The notes beneath the pieces were generated by a model that made no database searches, was not told the DNA's origin, and worked only from the letters and a program-made list of their open reading frames with translations. Of a stretch of DNA of 64,000 bases, positions 27,969 through 37,064 are shown piece after piece. Source of the stretch: an uncultured virus (IMG/VR IMGVR_UViG_3300030380_002827) (Duplodnaviria; Heunggongvirae; Uroviricota; Caudoviricetes); IMG/VR virus record IMGVR_UViG_3300030380_002827; one strand, 5' to 3'. The translations under genes were made by a program, and so were the position numbers. Every line of letters starts with the position of its first letter. The stretch's first letter is position 1.

Positions 27969-29693
27969 CTATGTAGAATACCTCACTTTTGAGAATCCAT
28001 TCATCTTTTCAAAGGTAATCATATTGTCCAATCTATCTGTCAACTCATCAACCTTATGAGAGATCATAAAGATGTAAGCATCCTTGATGACATATCTGAT
28101 AATCTTCACAAATTCATCTGTACCATTACTGTCCAGAGAACTGTCAAATATTTCGTCAAGAATGAGTATGTTTGTGGACGATGAGTTCTTCATCTTTGCA
28201 ATATCACGCCATGTAAACAAGATAGCAAGGTCAATTCGCATCTTCTCTCCCTCAGAGAAAGATTCGTAACTGAATTTCTCATGAATAGGCGACTTAATAC
28301 ACTCATTGAACTGTTCATCCAATGTAAAATTGATATAGAAGTCCATCATCTGAAGATACTTATTGATCTTCTGATTCATGATAGGCAAATACCTCTTCAT
28401 AATCTTTGCCTTGACACCAGAGTCTTTCATCATGGCGTTTGCAAAGTCTAAGTATTCAATTTCTTCGGTATGATCTGCTTTATTTGTTTCTACTAGTGTT
28501 AAATCATTTTTGAGGCCTCTAAGCGTGGCTCTTTCAGTATTTCTATTTGCAATTTGTTCGGTAATGTCTTGAACTTCTTGTTCATAAGTGCGGATTTGTC
28601 GTTGGTACTCAGAAATTTTAAAATTGTTGGTAGAAATGTCATGCGTTAGTGTTGAGATCTGCTTAGAAACATCTATAAACCTGGCCTCTTTCTTTTGTTC
28701 TTCGTTTATAGACTTTTGAAGTTCTTTGTAAGCGGAGTTAATCTCCTTTACCTTCCCTTCGATATCTCCAATCTTATTTAAGCGAAAGTCTTCCTCTATT
28801 TTCTGCTCACAGGTAGGGCATGATACGTTTTCCTTGAAGAACTGGTGTTCTTTAGTAATAATCTTTATCTTTTGTTCAAGTTTACCCTTGACATTATTGT
28901 ATTTCTTAAGAGAAGATGAAGCAGATGTCAGAGTATCTAATTCTGGTTCATACTTTTCTTTAATGTTCTTAGATGTCTGGTCATTTTCATACATCAAGGA
29001 TGAAGTATCCTTTAAAAGTGTGTCAATTTTACCTTGAATGTCTTTTATTTTCTTCTTGCCTGTCTTATCGAGGTCAGAAATGAAACTTTTTTGCATTTCA
29101 ATCTTTTCCTCAATCAATTCTTTCTTGATTGTGAGTTCTCGGATCTCCGTATTCGCTTTACTCATCTTCTCACGGAGAATTTTTGACATTCCAGAGAAAA
29201 TTTTGATGTCTAGAACGTCCTCTACGATCTCTCTACGGTGAGTTTGACTCAACTGCATGAAAGGAACGAACGTTGCAGCACCTAAAATGGTAGTTTGAGT
29301 AAAAGATTTGTAGTTTAGTCTTAAAATATTATCTTCTAAGTGTTGTTGCTGATCATTTGAACTAGCAAATTGATCTTGTTTCTTACCATCAATATAAATT
29401 TCAAACAAAGTCGGCTTCATACCTCTAACAATGGTATAAATTTTACCTTGAATCTCAAATTCTATATTAACTTCGCACTCTTTATCATTCACAGTGTTGA
29501 CTAACTGTGATTTTTTAATCTTTCTGAATGGTTTGTTGTACAAAACAAAAGTCAGAGCGTCCAATATCGTGGACTTCCCTGCACCATTAGCACCAACTAT
29601 CAAATTTGTAGGAGACTTTTGGAAACTAACAATTATAAACTGGTTACCAGTAGATAAAAAGTTACGCCACCGTATCGTCTTGAATGTTATCAT
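27969..29693 (-). CDS. gp46: Recombination endonuclease subunit gp46 (Rad50/SbcC-like)
   Basis: GANGAGKST, CPTC zinc hook, FSEGEK, ILDEIFD. Confidence 0.97.
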   Translation of the reverse strand: MITFKTIRWRNFLSTGNQFIIVSFQKSPTNLIVGANGAGKSTILDALTFVLYNKPFRKIKKSQLVNTVNDKECEVNIEFEIQGKIYTIVRGMKPTLFEIYIDGKKQDQFASSNDQQQHLEDNILRLNYKSFTQTTILGAATFVPFMQLSQTHRREIVEDVLDIKIFSGMSKILREKMSKANTEIRELTIKKELIEEKIEMQKSFISDLDKTGKKKIKDIQGKIDTLLKDTSSLMYENDQTSKNIKEKYEPELDTLTSASSSLKKYNNVKGKLEQKIKIITKEHQFFKENVSCPTCEQKIEEDFRLNKIGDIEGKVKEINSAYKELQKSINEEQKKEARFIDVSKQISTLTHDISTNNFKISEYQRQIRTYEQEVQDITEQIANRNTERATLRGLKNDLTLVETNKADHTEEIEYLDFANAMMKDSGVKAKIMKRYLPIMNQKINKYLQMMDFYINFTLDEQFNECIKSPIHEKFSYESFSEGEKMRIDLAILFTWRDIAKMKNSSSTNILILDEIFDSSLDSNGTDEFVKIIRYVIKDAYIFMISHKVDELTDRLDNMITFEKMNGFSKVRYST

Positions 29694-29949
29694 AATCTTT
29701 TGGCGGAATCACAATGTCATCGGGTGTGATAATAACGTATTTGTATTTGTGTTTTTTACAGGTTTCGACAGCTAGCATATCATCTATTTCTACAACTGTC
29801 AACACAGTGGATTCATCCGCTTCTAGAAGCCCTGCATATCTAGTAGCATCATCTTCTTGCTGAAAAAGATAGAGAGCCTTCTGACCGTCATCATTAGTAA
29901 CGGCATATGCCCCTTCTCCTTCGTGACCAGCAAGTGATAAGATGTACAT
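29662..29949 (-). CDS. Conserved hypothetical protein between gp47 and gp46
   Basis: MYILSL...EGAYAV...LYLFQQEDDATRYA...DDIVIPP; TAATG-coupled. Confidence 0.75.
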   Translation of the reverse strand: MYILSLAGHEGEGAYAVTNDDGQKALYLFQQEDDATRYAGLLEADESTVLTVVEIDDMLAVETCKKHKYKYVIITPDDIVIPPKDYDNIQDDTVA

Positions 29950-30992
29950 TAATCTGCTTCGCAAGCTTCTAAGTAGACTTCCTTGAGAAGTTTTTTGACT
30001 CTCTCTTTTTCCAATTCAAAGTCAGAGTCCTCGATGTACTTATTTAGAAGTGTGAGGGTATCCTCAATCTTTTCTCCATCAAGATCTACTTCCTTGTCAT
30101 TGATCTCGGTATTTTCCACTACCTTCAAATCTATTATACCAGCTTTCAGAAGTTTTTCAAGGAACTTGTCATATTCTAACTGACTCTTTCTGGATCTAAC
30201 AAATAATTTTACAATCTTATCTTTGTATAGATGTGCTTTGAATGTTGCAGCAGGGGTAGAATCGAAGTAGATCTTCTCATATATTGTATATGGATTCTGT
30301 ACAAACTCAATCTCTCCTGTTTCAGTATCTAAGATATTGAATCCTCTCTTGTCTCCACAATCATTCCAATACATTTCATAAGGATTGCCTAAGTAAAATA
30401 CCTGACCATCGTTACTTCTAGTATGATAGTGTCCTGAGAATACAGTATCAAACTTTGCAATAATCTCTTTGTCAATACCACCTTGCTGAGTCATGCCTGG
30501 ATAGAGTTCAAACCCATGCAACTCTAAATGTCCAAAAGCAATCTTAGCATCAGTCTTTTCAATCTCTGCACAAGTCTCTTTATAATTATCTTCACATATC
30601 CACGGTAACATCATTGCCTTAAATCCATTGATGTCATATGTGCCTGGCGTAGAGATAGGAATTAAGTTATCGTAGTGTTCCAGTAAGGAATCAATCGAGT
30701 TAATCTCATTCGTATTCTTGTAGTAGATGTCATGGTTTCCTACAAGTTGCCAAACTTTCACGCCCAGATTTTTGAACTTATCATACACATTCTCCCTCGC
30801 CCAATTAAGAGACCAGTAATCAATATTCTTACGATTGTCAAAAGCATCTCCCATGTGGATGCAATACTCGATTCCCCTTTTCTCTAACTCAGGGAAAAAG
30901 ATATCATCATAGAATTTTTTAAAGAAATCGTGAAATGTTTTGCTACCTCGTCTACCACCAAAGTGAGTGTCCGTAATGATTGCTATCTTCAT
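29949..30992 (-). CDS. gp47: Recombination endonuclease subunit gp47 (Mre11/SbcD-like)
   Basis: ITDTHFG, HMGDAFD, VGNHD, FSGHYH. Confidence 0.97.
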   Translation of the reverse strand: MKIAIITDTHFGGRRGSKTFHDFFKKFYDDIFFPELEKRGIEYCIHMGDAFDNRKNIDYWSLNWARENVYDKFKNLGVKVWQLVGNHDIYYKNTNEINSIDSLLEHYDNLIPISTPGTYDINGFKAMMLPWICEDNYKETCAEIEKTDAKIAFGHLELHGFELYPGMTQQGGIDKEIIAKFDTVFSGHYHTRSNDGQVFYLGNPYEMYWNDCGDKRGFNILDTETGEIEFVQNPYTIYEKIYFDSTPAATFKAHLYKDKIVKLFVRSRKSQLEYDKFLEKLLKAGIIDLKVVENTEINDKEVDLDGEKIEDTLTLLNKYIEDSDFELEKERVKKLLKEVYLEACEAD

Positions 30993-31183
30993 TTACCTTT
31001 TACATTCTGGATTGATGTGCTACTCCTAGTGACGTTCTTGATCACAATAAATTTATCACCAGCAAATGTCCCTGCCAGATTAACTTCGATCTCATCACCG
31101 TCTTGCCAATTCAAATCACCATTCTTTTTCGTATGGTTCATTGCTTCTTGGATCTGATCGATCACTTCATTCGTTAATTTCAT
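30989..31183 (-). CDS. Hypothetical protein
   Basis: MKLTNEVIDQIQEAMNHTKKNG...; ATG at 31183. Confidence 0.65.
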   Translation of the reverse strand: MKLTNEVIDQIQEAMNHTKKNGDLNWQDGDEIEVNLAGTFAGDKFIVIKNVTRSSTSIQNVKGK

Positions 31184-31337
31184 ACTCAATTTCAATAACT
31201 TTGGATGACCTACCAGTAGAGTTTGCTCTGGTTAGTCTTGTCATAGTGCCACCTAATGACCTAGCAATGTAATCTAATTCTTCTAAACATTTCTTTTCCA
31301 GATCCTCATAGGGATCATAATACCTATCAACCCTCAT
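31167..31337 (-). CDS. Hypothetical protein (56 aa)
   Basis: MRVDRYYDPYEDLEKKCLEEL...; ATGA overlap with the gp55 stop. Confidence 0.6.
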   Translation of the reverse strand: MRVDRYYDPYEDLEKKCLEELDYIARSLGGTMTRLTRANSTGRSSKVIEIEYEINE

Positions 31338-31816
31338 TGATTCATCTTCGTTTGTACTGCCTCTTTTATAGAGTTGTAGTCACTAGAATTACCGTAAGTA
31401 TCATCAACGTGCATAACCTCATCAAACCCCGACTTCTCAATGATCTTTTCACGGATCTCCATTTGCTTCTTCTCTTTCTGGATCCGACGTAGAAAAGCGT
31501 AATGTATAATTTGAGTAAAGTATGCAAAAGGGTTTGTGGACTTCTCTGGATTGAAGTTATGAATGTATTGGACGCAGTTTTCAATGCCATCAGATATCAT
31601 GTCCTCTCTGAACATATAGTTCACAAAGTTTGGTTTGTATGATAGGTGGGTTGCAATTTTTACGAAACATTCTCCAAGATAGTTTGTGATTCTAGGTTTT
31701 GGATCACCCGCTTCCTCCGCCGCTTTTACGTCTGCTTTGTATTGAACGATCGCATACAGGAATTCTTTGTTGTTTACATAGTGTTCGGATCGTTTTCTAG
31801 TACCTTTTGCGGGCAT
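31334..31816 (-). CDS. gp55: Late-transcription sigma factor gp55
   Basis: HYVNNKEF...YKPNFVNY...NPFAYFTQI..YAFLRRIQKEK. Confidence 0.97.
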   Translation of the reverse strand: MPAKGTRKRSEHYVNNKEFLYAIVQYKADVKAAEEAGDPKPRITNYLGECFVKIATHLSYKPNFVNYMFREDMISDGIENCVQYIHNFNPEKSTNPFAYFTQIIHYAFLRRIQKEKKQMEIREKIIEKSGFDEVMHVDDTYGNSSDYNSIKEAVQTKMNQ

Positions 31817-31841
31817 CTATATTACCTCTTGTGTTAGTTTT

Positions 31842-31892
31842 ATTATACCTCAAAACGAGATACTTGACAAGTCATATAAAAAGATGTACAAT
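31842..31892. promoter_or_regulatory. Overlapping divergent sigma70-type promoters
   Basis: Minus strand TTGTCA-17-TATAAT toward gp55; plus strand TTGACA(31864)-17-TACAAT(31887); shared palindrome ACTTGACAAGT. Confidence 0.7.
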
Positions 31893-31917
31893 AACTCTGT
31901 CAGAGTTCAAGGGAATG

Positions 31918-32325
31918 CTATGAAGCTTCGCCTTTCTTATAAAGCTTCTCAAGACTTTCTCTGGCCTTCTCGACTGAAATTACATATCCCATCTTCTTTG
32001 TTACCTTTATCTTCTCTCCAGATCCCCCATTGAGATTAGAGAAAATAAATTTTTGATAATATTTTACTACTTCTGAGTCCTCGCGTGCCTCAACAACAGT
32101 GATGACTCTATCCATAGGAATGATAATGATATTGTCCGTAGGCATACTTCTTAACCACGGCATCATTCTTAGACCTTCATGAGAACCATTCATACTCACC
32201 GTCTCGATTTCTACAGGATCACTGATAATCAAAACCGTGCGACCATTTTCATCTGACGGCATGACTTCACCGAAGATTTCCTCTCCTGATACTAATTTGA
32301 TTGAAGCGTAGAAATCTTCTTCCAT
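31918..32325 (-). CDS. Conserved Sm-like hypothetical protein
   Basis: FYASIKLVSGEEIFGEV...MPWL...RVITVVE; usual position between uvsW and gp55. Confidence 0.75.
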   Translation of the reverse strand: MEEDFYASIKLVSGEEIFGEVMPSDENGRTVLIISDPVEIETVSMNGSHEGLRMMPWLRSMPTDNIIIIPMDRVITVVEAREDSEVVKYYQKFIFSNLNGGSGEKIKVTKKMGYVISVEKARESLEKLYKKGEAS

Positions 32326-33912
32326 TTAGTCTTTCCCTATAATAGTGTTGTTTATAACCAAGTAGTCTATATTCATATTTAGAAAGGATTGAATAGCGTC
32401 CTCTGGAGTCTCTACTATGGGTTTACCATTATCATTGAATGAAGTATTCAACAATACAGGGACTCCACTGATTTTATAATACTCTTCTAGTAACTCAGAT
32501 AAGATGCCTTCACTGACTGTCTGAATCCTACATGTATTGTCAACATGTGTTATTGCTGGAATCTTATCTCTCTTGTCTTTCTTTACCGTTTGAGAATACA
32601 ACATGTATGGACTATCAATATCTTCCTCAAAATAATCCTTGAGATAGTCCTTAAGTATGACACCAGCAAAGGGTCTCCACTCTTCTCTATGTTTTACCTT
32701 CTCGTTTAATATATCCTTATTCTCTTTATATTTAGGTGACATCAAAATGGATCTATTCCCAAGTGCCCTAGGACCGAACTCAGATCTACCTTGATACCAT
32801 GCAATAATTTTTCCGTCCTCTAAGTATTGTGCAACTTTTTTAATATCCAAACTATCTTTATATTCTGATATATCAATTTGCTTTGGTGTAGAGTATGATT
32901 TACCTAAGAAGGCAAGATTTTTAGGAATCTGAACTTCATTCCACATTGATGCACCAAACGCCGCTGCTCCAAATGCCAAACCACAATCACTTACAAAAGG
33001 AGTGATGTGAAACTTTCTGTTCTTGAGAGTCTTTACTATTTTTGTGTTAGCATTGATGTTAAGAAACACTCCGCCAGTTAAACAAATTGTCCCATCTAAG
33101 TAATCTTCATTTAATCTTAACATTAATTCAGTAAGAGATTCCTCAAAATTGTATTGCAATAACTGAGCTTTGTCCGAAGAAGAAATTGGATAAGGTCTTG
33201 GATCCCTCATATCAAATAATACTTCTGGGAAGTGTGATCCAAAGTTATATAACTTTTGTATATGTTTACCAGATCCATATGCGGCAAGACCCATGATCTT
33301 TCCAGCAAAAGAACAATGATGTTTTGGGTCCATAAAATCTATTTCCTGTCCGATCTTCTTACAGAAAATATGATGTGACCAGTATTGATATAGTAATCCC
33401 CACTCACCATTGAAAGGGAAATACTTAAATTTATTTCTTCTCTTATCGAAGAGAACCATTGAGCATTTTTCTAATCCAAGAGAATTTCCATCAGTCCAGT
33501 TGTGAGAACCACCACCATCAATTACAATACACACTCCATCATTGGATGGTTGAGTGAATATAGATGAATAAGCATGTGCTTGATGATGAGAAATATATCC
33601 TATCTCCGCATTAGGGAAAATTTTCTGTAGATACTCTTGAGGTTCATTTTTTTCTAGACTCCTTACCCAATCCTGTAAACCAATATCTACAAACATGACT
33701 AGGTTGATGTCTTCTTTATTAAGACCTTCTATCACATAGTCTATGGATTTTTCTGGATATCTTCCATCATACTTTAAACCGCTAAGTCTTTCTTCCTGTA
33801 TGCTACAGATATGTTCACCGTCTACAAATAAGGTTGCACCAGCATCATGTATATAACTTTCTCTATCAGATCCATCAAAGAGGATAGATCCATATATTCC
33901 TAAGACTTTCAT
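32326..33912 (-). CDS. Carbamoyltransferase (NodU/CmcH/TobZ family)
   Basis: QEERLS, SHHQAHA, IDGGG, GKIMGLAAYG, EFGPRALGNRSI, RPFAG, LLNTSFN. Confidence 0.93.
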   Translation of the reverse strand: MKVLGIYGSILFDGSDRESYIHDAGATLFVDGEHICSIQEERLSGLKYDGRYPEKSIDYVIEGLNKEDINLVMFVDIGLQDWVRSLEKNEPQEYLQKIFPNAEIGYISHHQAHAYSSIFTQPSNDGVCIVIDGGGSHNWTDGNSLGLEKCSMVLFDKRRNKFKYFPFNGEWGLLYQYWSHHIFCKKIGQEIDFMDPKHHCSFAGKIMGLAAYGSGKHIQKLYNFGSHFPEVLFDMRDPRPYPISSSDKAQLLQYNFEESLTELMLRLNEDYLDGTICLTGGVFLNINANTKIVKTLKNRKFHITPFVSDCGLAFGAAAFGASMWNEVQIPKNLAFLGKSYSTPKQIDISEYKDSLDIKKVAQYLEDGKIIAWYQGRSEFGPRALGNRSILMSPKYKENKDILNEKVKHREEWRPFAGVILKDYLKDYFEEDIDSPYMLYSQTVKKDKRDKIPAITHVDNTCRIQTVSEGILSELLEEYYKISGVPVLLNTSFNDNGKPIVETPEDAIQSFLNMNIDYLVINNTIIGKD

Positions 33913-35363
33913 TTTAAGTAAACAGTTCTAATTTCATAATTAAAGTTCTCCTCATTGTATATTTTAACACGCTCTACCAAATGATTCAATGTGTAGTTCT
34001 TTTTACCCTTGACAGAGATGTCGTCTGCGATATCATATAACATTGCTTTGTTCTTACCCTTTCCCTTTCTAAGGACCCTACCAATACTTTGTAGATTTCT
34101 AATTCTAGATTTGCTAGGTGATGCAAAAATGACGTTATGTAAGTTTTTAATGTTAATTCCTGTAGAAAAAGTTCCATAAGACGCAACAATGATCGCATCT
34201 GCTTCTCTATCGACGATAGATCTAACCTCTTCCCTCTCTTCACTATCAACTCCACCATGAACATAAAAGACTTTTCTATCGTTATCACTGTTGATTAAAT
34301 TATATAGTGGTTCACCATGAGCCTCTACTCTACTGAATAGGACTAGGGTGTTACCCTTCAAACTTAAAGCAAGATTTCTGATGAATAAGTTTCTCTTCTC
34401 ATGTTCTATGATATAATTCATCTCTTCCCTGTAATCATCAAAGGGAATTGCTGGATGTTTTAACAATACAATTCTGATATCCAACTTAGCAAGTTGACCT
34501 TTCTTCTGTAGATCTGATGTTTGAGTTACCTTGTAAGAAGGACCAAACAATCCCTCCAACACCCACTTGTGTGTTTGCGATCCACTCAGAGTTCCAGTAA
34601 ATCCGTATCTATACTTAGTATCTCTCATCTTAGACATGATACCAATTAGAGATTTGGACTTGAATTGGTGTGCTTCGTCTCCTATAATCACATCAAACTT
34701 AGCAAAGAAGGTCTTATCCATAGTATAGATAGACTGCCATGTTGATATAGTTACACGTTGTTGTGTACTTTTTTTCCTACCTGCATAGACCTTATGACAA
34801 TATTTCTCGACATCCCATCCATAATCTATAAAGTCCTTATACATCTGTTCTACAAGAGAGGTAGTAGGGACGACTAATAATATTCTTCTCTTTCTTCCTA
34901 CATGATATCTCGCAACGGCATATATCATCAGCGATTTGCCTGACCCAGTTGGAGATATGATTAATCTTCTATTATATTTGAGTGCATCATACACACCCTC
35001 TATTTGATAATCTCTAGGTTTGAAACTAGAAATTGCAGTCATATAATCTTTCACACCTTCTAATGATATCTCCTCATTCTCTTCAAAAGGAGTACCATAT
35101 GTTTCGTTATTTTTAAACTCTACACTATAATTTGCTTTTCTTGCCCAAGCAATAACTTTGTCTAACAGTCCTACATACAACTCACCTGTTGCAGTAGAGA
35201 ACAGTCTGATCTTACCATCCCAATGCCTGTTCCTATACTGAGGCATATACTTGGCGCCTGGAACATCAAAGGTAAAGTAATCTGACAGTTCTTGTTGCAC
35301 ATGAGGTTGTGCATCTACAGTAAGATGGACTTCATTCTTCTTGACAATAATAAGATCACTCAT
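33909..35363 (-). CDS. uvsW: SF2 helicase UvsW
   Basis: SPTGSGKS, GDEAH, GFTGT, QSIGRVLR; start MSDLII at 35363. Confidence 0.96.
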   Translation of the reverse strand: MSDLIIVKKNEVHLTVDAQPHVQQELSDYFTFDVPGAKYMPQYRNRHWDGKIRLFSTATGELYVGLLDKVIAWARKANYSVEFKNNETYGTPFEENEEISLEGVKDYMTAISSFKPRDYQIEGVYDALKYNRRLIISPTGSGKSLMIYAVARYHVGRKRRILLVVPTTSLVEQMYKDFIDYGWDVEKYCHKVYAGRKKSTQQRVTISTWQSIYTMDKTFFAKFDVIIGDEAHQFKSKSLIGIMSKMRDTKYRYGFTGTLSGSQTHKWVLEGLFGPSYKVTQTSDLQKKGQLAKLDIRIVLLKHPAIPFDDYREEMNYIIEHEKRNLFIRNLALSLKGNTLVLFSRVEAHGEPLYNLINSDNDRKVFYVHGGVDSEEREEVRSIVDREADAIIVASYGTFSTGINIKNLHNVIFASPSKSRIRNLQSIGRVLRKGKGKNKAMLYDIADDISVKGKKNYTLNHLVERVKIYNEENFNYEIRTVYLK

Positions 35364-35785
35364 AATCCATTCGTAAATCGCTGCCACTCAATGGCATTTT
35401 TAATCTGATACGTTCGATTCTGTATAACCTTGAGAATACTATCCAAATAATCTAACATGATCTGATAGTATTCTATCTTTGCAGTACACCTGATAAGGTC
35501 TTGATCTGCATCAAAGTATTTGTCTAGGTCTGCTTTTAGAACTTTATAGTCAAAAGGTTTTTCTACATATACTTCTGGTGATGCCTTACCTGTGTAGTAT
35601 TGCCACTTCTCCTTCTTTAAAATTTTGTACTGAGTTTCCTGAGCTTTCTGTAAGGTCAGGATGTTGGTGTAAATTTTGTAGTATTTTGCGTGTAAAGCGG
35701 GTATTTTTGTTGACTCATTGTGTAGTAATTCATTATCAATTATGGAATCTTTATCCCACAAGTCTTGTATAAATTCAAGATTCAT
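35360..35785 (-). CDS. uvsY: Recombination mediator UvsY
   Basis: KIPALHAKY...YYTGKA...NRTYQIKNAIEW. Confidence 0.93.
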   Translation of the reverse strand: MNLEFIQDLWDKDSIIDNELLHNESTKIPALHAKYYKIYTNILTLQKAQETQYKILKKEKWQYYTGKASPEVYVEKPFDYKVLKADLDKYFDADQDLIRCTAKIEYYQIMLDYLDSILKVIQNRTYQIKNAIEWQRFTNGL

Positions 35786-36341
35786 CTCCTATTAGACTCT
35801 CCACATTAAAAATAGTATATTTAAAAGTAGCAGTCGCTACAATATAATTTATATCAGTTACATCAGCGCTAAATGGAACTGGTGTCAATGAAGTTGGGAA
35901 CATATCCTTGAAATCAACCTTAGCGATTGTATTGAAACTACTGTTGTAAACTAGTATTGTTCCATCAGATCTGGCAGCGTTTAACAGATCTGTTTGTTGA
36001 GGATCCAGACTGATTCCTTCTCTAAGAGACTCAGGAAATCCAAGTGCTCTCATCCACCTCTCAATCTGTAGGTAGTTCTCTAAGTTTTCATCTATAAAGA
36101 ATTCTACATCCAGATCACCATATTGCAACTTATCGCCAGGAACAGGAATGTCTCTGAGATATGTGCTTTGGATTGCAGCACCTAAAGTTATGTTAGGTAA
36201 AGATACTGACTTGGAAAAGAAATCCACCTTGGGTGCTTTCTGCAAGGTGAATTTGAATCCAGCTGGAGACAGAAAATTCCTATTTTTAATTTGTCTATCA
36301 AAGAGATTAGGTCCTTTGATATCAGTGTATTCTCTGCTCAT
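35775..36341 (-). CDS. gp3: Tail completion / tube terminator gp3
   Basis: NFLSPAGFKF...PGDKLQYGDL..FFIDENLENY; late box at 36354-36360. Confidence 0.88.
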   Translation of the reverse strand: MSREYTDIKGPNLFDRQIKNRNFLSPAGFKFTLQKAPKVDFFSKSVSLPNITLGAAIQSTYLRDIPVPGDKLQYGDLDVEFFIDENLENYLQIERWMRALGFPESLREGISLDPQQTDLLNAARSDGTILVYNSSFNTIAKVDFKDMFPTSLTPVPFSADVTDINYIVATATFKYTIFNVESLIGDES

Positions 36342-36356
36342 GAGTTTTATCTTTAT

Positions 36357-36983
36357 TTATTCAGCGAAGTCGGGGTCTTCACAGACATCTGCAAGTTCAG
36401 AAGCCATTTGACCACCTATTTCCGATCCTTGGTTCCCCCCAAACATTGCGACCCAACCAGCAGCAAGCCACCCAACAAAGGGAATATTGACAAAGGCAGG
36501 AGCAACAGCAGTCCCCACGCTAGTCCCAACAAGTCGCCCTGTCTGCTTTCCACCACCGACCGCCTCGATACACTCGACCTGTTGGGCAGTGAGCTTTCCC
36601 GACTGACTTCCTCCGTTAGTATTGTCTTGCCAGGATCTTGGGTTGGATACTGCTCCTCCTTGATGGTGAGCTCCGTCCATAGTGTACTCCTCAGTGACTC
36701 GGATTTTGTTGTTAGCCAATCCCAGAAAGCCACCTTTTATATTCTTATCCCTTTCCACACGCATCACTGTAGGGTCATTACCCTTATAGTCAATGCGATA
36801 TCCGTCTTCCCCTACTTCTGCTCTATAAGAGGTATAGTCACCCACAGGCAAGTTTATGTTTGGTAATTTCGATCCTCTTTGACTCAACATACCTATCATA
36901 CCGATATGTGATACGGCAAGGAGACTACCCACAGTGCCTATAGCGATCCACTTCCACTTACTTCCGTTTGGTTGTGTCATCAT
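36357..36983 (-). CDS. Conserved cyanophage membrane-associated hypothetical protein
   Basis: N-terminal TM segment and C-terminal Gly-zipper-like helices; start at MMTQPNG, downstream of the gp23 terminator. Confidence 0.7.
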   Translation of the reverse strand: MMTQPNGSKWKWIAIGTVGSLLAVSHIGMIGMLSQRGSKLPNINLPVGDYTSYRAEVGEDGYRIDYKGNDPTVMRVERDKNIKGGFLGLANNKIRVTEEYTMDGAHHQGGAVSNPRSWQDNTNGGSQSGKLTAQQVECIEAVGGGKQTGRLVGTSVGTAVAPAFVNIPFVGWLAAGWVAMFGGNQGSEIGGQMASELADVCEDPDFAE

Positions 36984-37015
36984 TTCACACAATATAGTGC
37001 TTACTATATAGGCAT

Positions 37016-37042
37016 AAAAAAAGAGACCCATTTGGGTCTCTT
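37016..37042 (-). terminator. Rho-independent terminator after gp23
   Basis: AAGAGACCCA-AA-TGGGTCTCTT followed by a T run. Confidence 0.85.
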
Positions 37043-37064
37043 AGTAAGATATGTAATATCCGAA

